Shown here one piece after another: positions 27,165 to 39,791 of a stretch of 46,902 nt of DNA; position 1 is the first letter of the stretch; each line of letters starts with the position of its first letter. Both the position numbers and the translations under genes were made by a program. A model generated the notes under the pieces. The model was not told the DNA's origin and searched no databases. It saw only the letters and a list, made by a program, of their open reading frames with translations. Source of the DNA: Perkinsus chesapeaki ATCC PRA-425 (lineage: Eukaryota; Protista; Perkinsozoa); NCBI GenBank assembly GCA_013115145.1, contig JAAPAO010000251.1:1-46902 (forward strand), given 5' to 3'.

Positions 27165-29511
27165 TTAACCGATTTCGATACCGGCAAGCGCAAGGTCTCG
27201 GTCCTTCATATTCTCGTCGCCAACTAAGGAAAAAGCCTTGAAACTCTAGAACAGTATTTCCATAACTACTCACCACCAAAGATGTCCTCTTCCTCTTCGC
27301 CGGGTTTTGCTAATACAACGTTATCTGTGAAGGTACCATCTGATTCGACATCCTCTCGTTGATAGACCTGATAATATTAATTAAAGTGCATAGAATGGCG
27401 ATAGTGATACAGGTATCAATGTGATACCTGTATGTAGGTTTCCATAAGGGCTACACTCTGTGGTAGTATAGGAGCAACATTTAGGTCGTGTGTTTCTTGC
27501 CATTGATTCGTTCCTATTAATATATTGAGATAATATTATTATTATTGTTTTTGTTTATGTTGTTGTTGACTACTTGAGTGTAGAACATATGCCTTATAAA
27601 CACCCATACCTGCCTCTGCTTGACCAGAATGTGACACCAACCCTACAAGGTCATATCTAAATGACATGAAGCTCATAAAAAGGAACATATCACAGAGACT
27701 TTCACTTTACTACTTTGTATGATTATTAATATTATGCCAACTTGGATGTACCCAATCTTTCATATCAAGGCCTTTCAGAGGGAATCGAACCAACGTAGGA
27801 TTCTTTTCAACTGTGAAGTTATTCTTCTTAAACCTTAAAACAGCTGGATACTATCATCAAGTAATACACTGTTAATAATTACCTCTTAGTAACGAATACA
27901 AGATAAGGAGGTAAGCGCTTAATGGAATACTTACGTAACTGAAAGTAGGCTAGTTCATCCCCCCCTTTTCCTTTACATATCCTCCTACCTGTCGATGCAT
28001 TAGATCTTCTACTATAGTCTCACCATTGAATTTATCAAGTAATGATATCATCGGTACCTAATCCACGACACCATGCTGGCTTTACATTAACAACAAGCAT
28101 TTAACCACTTTACCTGGGGTATGAACTCCTGTGTATCCTTGAATAGTGGGGCATCAGGTAAATCGAGAGTGAGGGTAAGGAAGTCCTGATTATCATAATT
28201 ACCATACCTACTCAGGTATTATTATCATGTGTGTTATTACTGATGTAGTCTCTTCCCATACATCACCAGCTGCTTGACTATCAAGGTTCCTACATGTCTT
28301 TACCAATATCTCACCTATACAACTATTAAGTACTTCATCACTAATAGTATTATTACTATTACCTTTGAATATCTTATTAATCATCTTGTGTGGCAACCGT
28401 AGATGGTTTAAAAGCCAAGTTAAGAACTCAGCAGGGTCTCTCTAACACGTTAACATTCATTTATGTACTTCACTGACCTCTTCCTACCTGTGATGTAAAG
28501 AAATGTTTCTTGCTCTTAAGGCTGACAACTTGTAGGAACTCATGTGGTGATACAACACCCTAATAATGGATATCATTATCCGTATTTATTACTATTGATC
28601 TCCTTATTATCACCTTAAAGTTCTTAGCGTTATATGTCTTCCTAAATAGTTCAGCTAATGCCTCTGTTACATCTGTACGACTTGCATCTAAATCTTGTTT
28701 CTTAGTTAATAAGGCATTCCTTAATGGTACAACCTGATACATTCTCATTATTACTACATTTTAATATTACTAGTATTCATAATACCTGTTGTAAGATCTG
28801 TACTATAACATTTAAATAATCAGTACCACCACTAATTGCATTAAGACCAACACATCCAGGTAAGAATGGTCGACCATCTAGTGTAAACCCAAGTGCCGTA
28901 GCTGAATAATACATTACTATCAATAATAATAATAATCATCACGACATTATTACATTTATCAGTTGTACTATTTAACATATCCGTTGTAAAAGTAGGGTTA
29001 AGATTATATCTTATATCATCTAACGATGCATCAATAATCTCATAACCATCAGGGATACAATATCTATATTAATACTACTGTTATTTAATTATTATTATAT
29101 ATATTACACTTTAGTATCCTTCAAGTTAATAAATACGTAATGTTTCTTTTCTAAAGCATGTGTATATGCACACGTACCTTGACCTCTACCACTATAATAT
29201 TTACCACATACCAGACATGCATATACATTCTGATTTGATAAAGTTACACTACATACCTTCTCGAAATCAAAATCCAACATATTACGATTAACCGTACCTA
29301 ATCATTAGGTACACCACCCCACCCTCTACCCCTTATTATTACCAAGATAAGGACATTTCTTTTCCATTGCTTTATTAACCTTATCCAATGCCTTTGATAT
29401 CCTTGGTCTCTTAGCTGGAGCTACATCACCACCCGCACCAGCAGCAGCTCTAGAGTCGGATATAGTAGTAGCAGCAGCAGTGACGCCTGTTGGTGAAGGG
29501 GTTGTAACCAT
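27165..29511 (-). CDS. USP39: U4/U6.U5 tri-snRNP protein USP39/Sad1 (inactive USP)
   Basis: KCPYLGTVNRNMLDFDFEKVCSVTLSNQNVYACLVCGKYY (zf-UBP). GLNAISGGTDYLNVIVQ has Asp at the catalytic Cys position. VEKNPTLVRFP is present. The stop is at 27266 if unspliced or 27165 if the last intron is used. Confidence 0.93.
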
Positions 29512-29627
29512 GGGGGATGGTAACCGGTAAGATATAATATTAATATTAACACTATATATTATAATAATAATGAAATTCAAATATTATTGCAAGTCTTAGT
29601 CAACGTAAGAATGATTAGGAATGGTTG

Positions 29628-31597
29628 TTATGAGAGTGATGATGATGATGATGATGCTGTACGATAAACTACATATGAATTAATATCATCAAAGTTCCTT
29701 TTTATTGCACTATCGGACATTATATTATCAGTAAAGTATCGTTGCCATAATGATATAACCTATAATAATAGTCTAAGGTATATAAAGATACCTTTCGTTA
29801 CTACCTTTTCGTCACCATTATCTATCCTTTCTTTAATAAATGTTGAATAAATATCCATTATCATCATTTTATATACCTCAGTTCTTCTAACATCTACTGT
29901 ATAATGTTGCATTGGGCAGCATCCACTATTATAACAGCTACCGGTAATAGACTCTCTAACACCTATAATGCCAAACACCACCACTATACCACAATGTACT
30001 AATAATCTTACATGGAAATCCCTCAACATTATGTGAATAAGTGCATTGTTGTCCTTTGGTACATGTGTTACCATATATTATATAATATTTACAAGGTACT
30101 GCTGATGCAGTAGTATATAATACTTTCCTTAATTCACTTATTGCTTTAGTATCATGACTATATTCACAGTCATCCCCTTTATCACATATACCTCTAGCAT
30201 AATACCGACATGCAGCTACTTTAGCACCTTAACAACAGCAACAACAACTATCGTCCTTAATACGACTACTGTATTAACCCTTATTACCTCTACTCTTATA
30301 TAATGATTGGAACCATTCCTTCTTCCTGTCCTTTGCAGTAACTGCTGCTTCCCCTGCTGCGCATGTTGGTTGTGATGATGATGACTGCTGTGGTATTGCC
30401 TTCTCCTCCTCTGCTCCCTCCCCCCTTGCCCTTCTCTTCCCACTACTTATATTGCCCCCTTCCTTATCATTGTCCACTATAGCTCGCGTCGTTGTTGGTG
30501 TTATAGATAAACTAGTATATCCCTTATCACCATCATCATCATCATCATCATCAGGGAATATCATACCAAGTGATACCTCTTCATCCTCTTTTTCCAACGC
30601 TTGTGTCTCCTCCAGTTGTACATCCTTTTTTACCTCCACCTTCGGTTCGGCAATTTTCTCATCTCTGTCATCAGCAACTACTACTGCTGTTGTAATTGGT
30701 CCCACTGGTGACAGGTCTCCTTCTTCTTCTTGCCGTTGACCTTCTTCTTCCTTTCCTTTTATATCGTCCCATGTTACCCATGATATATTATTATTATCAT
30801 TCAATAATCTAGCATTACATTCCTTTAATGTTACCATAGCATCATCTAATGTACTAGGCCATGGATAAGCCAATGATGGTATAAAGTTGTGCTCTTCTCC
30901 TTCTTTATCATCATCCTTTACTCCTCCTGCTGCTGCTGCTGATGGTGTATTAACACCACCATCACACTCTTCTATTCTAATACTATCTAATGTTTCTATA
31001 TCATTCATATCTACCTAAGATACTAACATTCATAATAAGTGTCTATCATTAATATTACATCATCATCATCACAAGTTAACAATGTAATATTATTTCTCCC
31101 CCGTCTTGGAGCCGTACTATTCCCTACTATTGGTGTAGATGCTTTACTATTATTATTACTATCTGAATACTCTGTAGTAGTATAGTTACACATCCCTATT
31201 ATAACCTATAATATAGTCTCCATCCTCTCCTCTCCTTATAACTTTCTTTTTCCCTCCTCCTGTTCGTTTAACTTTAGGTGTTGTCATCTCTGTTTTGGTT
31301 GGTGTTAATTTCCTTTTACTACCCATAACCTTCTTCTTACCATCTTGTTTATCTATTACCTGCCTAACCTTTGATACTATCCCCTATACGTCCTTAGATT
31401 ACCTCCACTTCAACACTATTAGCCTCCTTTCCTTCTACTCGTATGCTGGTATTAAGATCTGGCCCCTGTCCTTCTCCTACTACTCCTCTTCCTTGTTGTT
31501 GTAGGAACATAGCCATCATAGTCTCCATACGTGATAATGATGATTCTAATTTATCTATTCTACTATTAACATCATTTGATGATGATGATGATGACAT
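29628..31597 (-). CDS. CCCH zinc-finger protein with long acidic/low-complexity N-terminal region
   Basis: CRYYARGICDKGDDCEYSH and C..YYNGNTCTKGQQCTYSH fingers, plus a third Cys/His cluster CYNSGCCPMQH. Confidence 0.75.
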
Positions 31598-31648
31598 AGA
31601 ATAATAACTGATACTTATCATTAACCACAGCATCACCGTAGTGGGGTC

Positions 31649-31755
31649 GTTCAATTAACTAATTTAGGAATTCAGAATCGATTCCAGAACTGCTTTTTAC
31701 ACATAAAAACAAAATGCTGGAATCGATTATGAATCCCAGAATTGGTTTAATGAAC
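31649..31755. repeat. Foldback / MITE-like inverted repeat: 39-bp arms (32/39 identical) with a 29-bp spacer
   Basis: The left arm GTTCAATTAACTAATTTAGGAATTCAGAATCGATTCCAG (31649-31687) is compared with the reverse complement of 31717-31755, GTTCATTAAACCAATTCTGGGATTCATAATCGATTCCAG. Confidence 0.88.
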
Positions 31756-31904
31756 ATCGGGAGTTGCTATCATCCTGGGGAAGCGAGCCAATAATATTTC
31801 GTGGCGCGCGTGAAATGAGCATCTTACGACGACGCACCTCTTCTTCGAATCGAAAGCTTTGTTGTTGAACTACATCTTAAGCGTTTTAGTTGTTGCTGTT
31901 GTTA

Positions 31905-32557
31905 ATGGCTACAGTATCCATTAGTAGCGGTGGTGGAGGAGGAGGGTTTAAAGAGGCATTATTATATGGATGGAAATGGATACAATTTGCTGGCTTGTTA
32001 CACTGTACACAGGAATATATATTTGATTTTTCAACAACACAGGGTGGTAGTATGGAACCTAGTATAAGATCTGAAGGATGTGTATTATTCTATGATAAGG
32101 TATATAATGTCATATTTCATACCATATATATTATTAGGTATTACCTAGATTAAAGGGTTATAATAATGGTGATGTTATTATAGCTACAGCACCACATGGA
32201 GGACATCAAATATGTAAAAGGATAGCTGGCTTACCAGGTACTATATAACACTAATGTGTCTTACCTTACTCTCTTTGTTTTTAGGTGATACTGTTCCTAT
32301 TCATCGGCATGGTAAGGAAGTACATTTCCGCATACCACCAGGACATGTATGGTTATTAGGGGATAATCCAGTAATATGGGTGATAATAATGAATAGTATT
32401 GATCATGTTGTTGTTACTGGTGGTGTTATAGGATAAATCATTGGATTCCAGAGCATATGGTCCAGTACCAGAAGCATTATTAAAAGGTAGAGTAAGAGCT
32501 AAAGTATGGCCACCGAGTCAATGGGCAAGTTTTCCTAATAAACCACCTACAAATTGA
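31905..32557 (+). CDS. IMMP1L: Mitochondrial inner membrane peptidase subunit 1 (S26 family)
   Basis: GGSMEPS (catalytic Ser), ICKRIAGLPGD (catalytic Lys), IPPGHVWLLGDN, SLDSRAYGPVP and KVWPP. Confidence 0.9.
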
Positions 32558-32820
32558 AGCAACCTCATTTACGTTTAACATTGCTAATGCATCATTATTT
32601 CCTTTAATACTTTTATATTGGGTTTAGTAGTACTAGGTAAGGTATGCTAACAATAGGTAAGGAGAGCACCTTGTTATACTAAGGTAGTTTGGGTAGTAAA
32701 TGCAATAGCCAGAATAATAGGACAGTAGCATGGTGGGAGGAGGAGGGGTTAAACATTAATTATTACTGTAATGGGTGCCGCCTTAAATACAACTACGTGA
32801 CTACAGTGTATTTGGTAATA

Positions 32821-33208
32821 ATGGCTAATAATAATGCTACACTTTTCGATACCGATACATTAGCATTACTATTAACATTATTTATTATTTATAACGCGAC
32901 TATTAAAAGGAGGAATTGGTGGATGAATGTCAGCCTTAAACCGTAGGTGATGATATCTTTCATTACTATATTACATATCTACTTAGAGCATCGTTATTGG
33001 TATATCATAAAGATCAGCGAACTGGATCTGTAAAGCTTACCCAACTTGGTCAACTATGTGATGTTACAACAGGGTCCTCTCCTGGACGTGGTATAGAGCA
33101 ATTACCATACTTCTACTCATTGGAGGTAAGCTTTATATTGCAACACTCCTACAGTTAAGCTACCAAAACCCCTCAAAAACGAGGGCGGAGATACCACCTG
33201 GGATTTGA
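32821..33208 (+). CDS. Small orphan protein (about 100 aa, 3 exons) with one N-terminal hydrophobic segment
   Basis: Exons join in frame through GT-AG introns: MANNNATLFDTDTLALLLTLFIIYNA...KP|ASLLVYHKDQRTGSVK...YFYSLE|LSYQNPSKTRAEIPPGI*. Confidence 0.55.
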
Positions 33209-33428
33209 CGAAAGTTGTTCTTTTTATATACATTCGTCATCACTAAGGTCGAGAACTTTGTCTTCATGGATGAGAAAAATTCAATTTAGATTTTCCAGGA
33301 TATGGAGAATCTAATAATCCCCATCTCACTTAGCCATTTAACTCAGCAACAAACCCGAATTTAACTCAGTATTTAGTGAGAAATCGAAAAATACGAATTT
33401 ATCCATTTTATTGCGTTATCGGTTTGTA

Positions 33429-35244
33429 ATGACCTTCCAGGTACTATTATTCACACCTATGGCATTAGGGGTATCATTGGGAATAGTTACATTAACTAGA
33501 TTTATCACAGTAATAACAATAATTACTATATTATTATATAATGTATTAGGGTCAACGAGATGCCTACTCCCCCTTCTTTATTGGTGCAGTTATGTGTACA
33601 GCATTCCCTGTAATATCATCATCATCATATCGTCATCCTATTTGCTTAGGTTATCTTAAGTTCATGGCGTGCTGCAAGGTCTAGTGATAATAATCAAGTT
33701 GCAGCATTACTAACAGCTTTAATAATAACACCAATAGCATGCTTTAATACGTAATAGAACCATTAAGTAGTTTTACACTGTTATACTCTTAACACCACTA
33801 TAAGGTCTACCCTATTCGGCATCGAACCTCCTAACCCTAAAATATCATTGGATGTTACTCAACAGGGTTTCATTACAGACCTTGGTCTTACCACTGCTCT
33901 ATCTATAATACGTGCTATAGTGTAATAGTAAATATACCCTGTTATGAGATACCTTATCAATATTATACTAGGTATCTCGTACTGTATATAGGCTTATTAA
34001 TGGGAGTATATACAGTAGTAGGACCAGCTAAAAGGAGTAGTAAAGTATGGCTATTATATTGGTAACTTATAACTTAAATAGGTACAGAACTATTATATAA
34101 TTGGATAACAGGGGGCGATGAAACAGAATACATTAGGGATATCTGCAACTCTATATGTGTTAATCATCCACCACCATCATCAGCAGCAGCAGTAGCTAGT
34201 CCAGAGGGAAATAAACCATCGCTGAAGACTACTATTAGTCGATACGTTGCCTTCTTAGGCCCTATGGTGGGTATATTACTGTGATACTTCTTTTTATTAT
34301 TAAATAGGTATTACCATTACTTTTTGCCCCGTCAACAACACCCTTACCAATCTCATCAATTGGCTCTTTGCTATATAACTTCTTACCATGGGCTATGGTT
34401 ATTATTACAACAGACTATAGGACATATGCTATGTTCCCTGGTGTAAGGATAACAACACGTAGTAGAAGAAGTATGATGACTTATCTCCACTATTAGGTTG
34501 TTCAACAATGGTTGTTAACTGGTGATGATGGTCGAACTACAACTGGATTAGATTCTGAGACACGTTATCTACGGTCAATGTATACTGCAGTAGAGTGTGC
34601 TATTATACCACGATTTATCACTATATTTGCTGAGATTGATCTAGCATTACGGATATTACCAGTAAGCAGCAGCTATTGTAACTACCTCACAACTTCATAT
34701 CCTCACTAATTTATTAGGACGTCTTTGGACTAGTGCAATGGGATAATACTGTAGATTTGAGGTAAGGCAGTAACACACCTTAATTAGTGATGTTTATTTT
34801 AGTTCTATTATACCACTCATGCCCGATAATAACACTAATGACATTGATTACTCAAAGTAGTATTTCTACTATAGTGGTAGTATAATAAACCATTCTTTAT
34901 ACTAGGTACATACCACGATTACGTAGAGCCATTAGTGAGGTATGGCGTATGATACTACCTCCTATAGAGGTTATGAAATGGTCTAAAATATATGTTGGTA
35001 CACTAACACTTGCATTTATAGTTGTGATGTGTGGTACATTAGTATTTAGATCAACACAAATATCAAACAATAACAACAAGCATAAGGCTAAAAGCCTCTG
35101 AGCCTACTCTACTCAGTTATATTGATAAGCTTCCTTTACGCTCTTACCGAGTTGTGTTATGCTACACCAAGTTGCCCTAACATCATTACAAAAGACTTCA
35201 AATACCAAAAATTAGGAGAAGTTGAAGGGGATGGAAGCACTTAG
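33429..35244 (+). CDS. Multi-pass membrane protein of unknown family; start uncertain
   Basis: A chain of GT-AG-bounded exons encodes many hydrophobic helices, e.g. VAALLTALIITPIACF, YLVLYIGLLMGVY and YVGTLTLAFIVVMCG. The last exon reads FLYALTELCYATPSCP...EGDGST*. Confidence 0.6.
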
Positions 35245-35495
35245 CAAGTCGATGGCTTCATGCTAACGGTTTTCTCCCGATTGGATGAGGAAAGGTCCCA
35301 ATATGATTATCATTCCTCCTCATTGCCTTGGGCTCTAGGGCAGTAATCTGTCATTAATTCCTCCCTATGTATAAAAGGAGTCTATGTCCGAGTTCATGAC
35401 TCTTTAACACAATACTTATTACAATGGCAGCATGTGATGATGGATATAAAAACTTTTAACAGACACATTAAGGCTGGGAAGGAGGATATGATCGT

Positions 35496-38400
35496 TTATG
35501 CTATTTTAAGTATTAGTTTCCTATCACCAAGTATATTATTAACTCTTGCACAACTTGGCCAGAACTTCCCTCGTGCTTTAACCCATGGTAAAGGGAATGC
35601 TGCTACATCTCTAGAGTAACTGATAATACAGTATAATATAGCATATCTAATAGCTAGTAGCTCATCTACCAATGTTCCCAATTATCAGCTGTAACCATGT
35701 CTTGTGTATGTGGAGCATTCTTTAATGGATTATCCTTTAAATCATATACTCCATCAGCTATACTATCAATCTCATGTTTAATCTGTATTAATGCATCACA
35801 AAACCTAATAACAATGCATAGTTATATTACCAATACTAATAATACAAGTATTACCTATCCAATTCATCTTTACTTTCACTTTCAGTAGGTTCTATCATTA
35901 AAGAATGATGTACTGGCCAACTCATAGTAGGTGCATGAAATCCATAGTCCATAAGCCTTTTAGCAATATCCTCCTCTACAACCTAATAACAACAACAACA
36001 CTATTATTATAATAACTAATACAATACTACTTACACCAGTATGTTTACGTATATCTGATATATCAATAATAAACTCATGACTGCATCTACCATTACCATT
36101 AACATGCATGAGGGGATAATGATCCTATATAACAACAACTTCAACTAGCAGCCAATAAGACTACACTATCTTACCTTTAATCGTGCAGCCATATAATTAG
36201 CATTTAATATAGCTATTTCAGCACTAGCTCTGAGCCCTTCTTCCCCAAGCATATTAATAAATATCCATGGTATTGATGCTATACCAGCTTGACCATAAGG
36301 TGCTGCATTAACAGTACCAGCAATGTTAATATCACTACCAGTTGATATAACAGGATGTGATGGCATAAATGGACTAATAAGAGGAGAGGGAGAGGTTATA
36401 CGATTATCGAGGTGTTGATTAATATTACCGTAAATGTTCAGCAGCGCAGATTGGTCCCATACCAGGACCTCCACCACCATGGGGAATGGAAAACGTCTTA
36501 TGAAGGTTAAGATGGCAAACATCAGCACCTAAAAGATAATACCATAGACACCTAACACTACTGCTGGCGGTGTAAGGTAATACCTATTGTCCCTGGTGAA
36601 GTAAGAGCAAGTTGTGCATTCATATTAGCACCATCCATATATACTTGTCCACCATATTTATGTACAGTATCACATATTGCTTTTATATGGGTTTCAAATA
36701 CTCCTCTAGTACTTGGATATGTTATCATTAATGCACCAAGTCTATCACCAACATCATTACATATCCTATCTAAAGCATCAATATCCATACCATTAGGACC
36801 TGTTATTATAACTAATAATAATACAATAACACTATTAACTAACCATCATCATCAAGCCATACTATCTCAAATCCCATCATAGCTGCTGATGCTGGATTAG
36901 TACCATGGGCCGATCTTGGTATTAAACATACAGTACGTTGGATATCACCTAACCCCCTTTATACTACTACAAGTTAATAAATTGTACCTCTAGATTCATG
37001 ATATTGTCTTATAGCTAATAACCCAGCATACTCACCCTGTGCACCACTGCAAGGCTGTAATGAACATACAGCGAACCCGGTGATCTACAGCAGTACAGTA
37101 TACACCAACAATAATAATGAATAGCAGCAGCATGGTCTTATTTAATAATACCTCTTCTAGGCTCTTCTCAAGTGACCTTAATAAGGTAGCATAACCCTTC
37201 ATCTGGTTTAATGGTGTAAAGGGATGTGGTGCAGTAACCTCCTCCCTAGGGAATATTACTTTGTATAACTTATAGACTTATTATTATTACTGTACTATAG
37301 TATACATAGATGTTGATGAGTTGAGCTTCATAGTACATGAACCAAGTGTTATCATAGATTTAGTAAGTGATATATCCTAACATCAACACTACACCACACT
37401 AGAGGTACTAACAACTACCTACCTTGCTTTGTAGATGGTAAAGATAACGCATAAGTTCAGTCTCAGTTACTATCGTATTGAATATCTACACCATACATAA
37501 TAACAACAGTACAGTGTGTACACTACAATACCTTCTGTGTCATATAAGGTTTAGTACGTCGCATTGACTCTGGCATTAAACCTAGTTCATTCTCGTAACC
37601 ACTAACTGTACCAGTAAAGTGTTTGCCAGTACCAGCAGCTACAGCCTATAATGGTAGATGATAACATTAACTAGGTATTAGTATTACTAACCTGTAATAA
37701 AGCCTGTACATCCTGTAGTGTATGTGTCTCATCAAATGATACTGATACTGTAGTATTATCAACTAACCTTAGATTCATACCACCATCTAATGCTGCATTC
37801 ATAACAGATGATGCCTTATCAGGTGTATCAAATCTCATAGTAACACAATCAAAAAACATATCAGGAGTGGTGACAGCAACCTATCACTAACATTACTACT
37901 AGCAGCAGCTTCATACCATACTTTCCCTACATCTATATCATATAACCCCTTAACAAAGACCTGTCCTAAAGCATGTACCCTACTAGCTATACGTGATAAA
38001 CCCGATGGTCCATGATATACAGCATACATAGCACTCATATTAGCTAATAATGCCTGTGCTGTACATACATTAGATGTTGCTTTATTTAACCTATCAACAA
38101 CAGCAGCAGCAGCAGCAGCAGTATAACATATATCACTATCGCCTCCTCCTTACCTTATATGTTGCTCTCTCGTCTGTAATGTTAACCTATATGCCGGGTT
38201 ACCTTCGGCATCTTCTGATATACCTACTAATCTACCAGCCATACGCCTTGTATTAGATGTAGTAGTAGCTAGATAACCAGCAGCTGGTCCACCATACCAC
38301 ATCGGTACACCAAACCTTTGCATACTACCAACAACTACGTCAGCCCCCATATCACTAGGGGGCTTGCATACAGTTAGTGCCAAAGGATCGGCAGCAACAG

Positions 38401-39632
38401 CTAAAGTACCACCACCGCTACCGCCTTCTTTTAAGGCATCAGCGATGAAGCTGTAATCACGTATAGTACCGCGAGTGTCTGGGTACTGTACAAAAGCACC
38501 AATAAGGTCCTTTCTGGTGAAGTCAAACGTATCAATATCCCCAATTTCTATGGGAATGCCAGCCCATCGAGCACGAGTCTTAACAACCTCTATAGTCTGG
38601 GGATTCATGGTATCAGATAGGAACATTACTTTACGTATAGTATTACCAATACCTATTATTAATACCATATTTCCCACTAATAACGCTATATATTACCCCT
38701 TTGTATCATAGTAACAGCCTCAGCTGCTGCTGTAGCTTCATCCAATAGTGAACAGTTAGCTACTGGTAGACCAGTTAGTTCAGATACTACTGTTTGGAAT
38801 ATAAGTAGGCATTCCAATCGACCTATCAATGATACTATATTAATATTTATTATCATTACCCTTACCTTGTGATATCTCAGCCTGGTATGGTGTATAACTA
38901 GTATACCATGCTGGATTCTCAGCTAAGTTACGTAATATAGCAGCTGGTACTATAGTACCATGATATCTACAATAATAATAGTACTAACAACAATAACAAC
39001 AACAAACACCAACCCTTGGCCAATAAAGTTCTTATAAAGATCATTCTTCTTCATCATTTCCCTAAACTTAGCCAATGCCTCACTTTCCGACTTAGCATCA
39101 GTAATACTAGTCAGGAATCCTGGCTCCCGTAGTATGTGACCTATATACGACGTTATCAACATGTACAGTATTATTAGATTACAACAGCCTACTTGGTATA
39201 GTCTCCTTAATAAGCTGTTCAAGAGTATTAGCTCCAGCTACTTGACACATTTGAGTTATATCATCTATACCACTACCAATATGGCGTGGTAGGAAGGTAT
39301 CCGATCTGCTATGATATATAAAGGAAGTGGGGAGGAGGGATATTAGAGTGTAGTACTTACTTATTAAATAACCCTACAGGACTAGCACCTAAATAATGCT
39401 TATCATGAGGTGATAATGACTTAACATAATCATCAACAACTCTAGTACTTGATGCCTAATAGCATTACACATCTCCTGTTAGTATATATATAATATATAT
39501 TACATCACTGTGTATGCCTCTATTACTACCAATGCCTCTTAAACGTAGAGATGATCTTACAATAATAGGGGTTACAATAACATACTGGTAGCAGTAGCAG
39601 CAGCTTAGAGGTGGCAACGCTCGAGAGAGCAT
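35496..39632 (-). CDS. GLDC: Glycine dehydrogenase (decarboxylating), glycine cleavage P-protein, with a mitochondrial-type presequence
   Basis: [50 protein letters not shown] site [26 protein letters not shown] and KFWP. Confidence 0.97.
38099..38120. repeat. (CAG)n microsatellite in a GLDC intron
   Basis: A run of CAG triplets, read directly. Confidence 0.8.
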
Positions 39633-39791
39633 CGCCGGAGAATGACACTAGTTCAACATATGATGTAACAATACTTAACACAACTGTGAATGGTTAAGAG
39701 GGATACTATGAGCCCAGGGGAGAGGGCTCTCACGAAACTATGTAAAAATGGGGGGGTAGTATTGCTACTGTTGCTGTTGCTGCTTTTTTAC

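Noticed and set aside
28800-28870. USP domain lacking its catalytic Cys
   Set aside because: Asp at this position is the known conserved state of USP39/Sad1, so it is not novel.
39710-39729. GAGCCC-8nt-GGGCTC hairpin between the COPG end and the GLDC start
   Set aside because: A 6-bp stem is expected by chance and has no supporting context.
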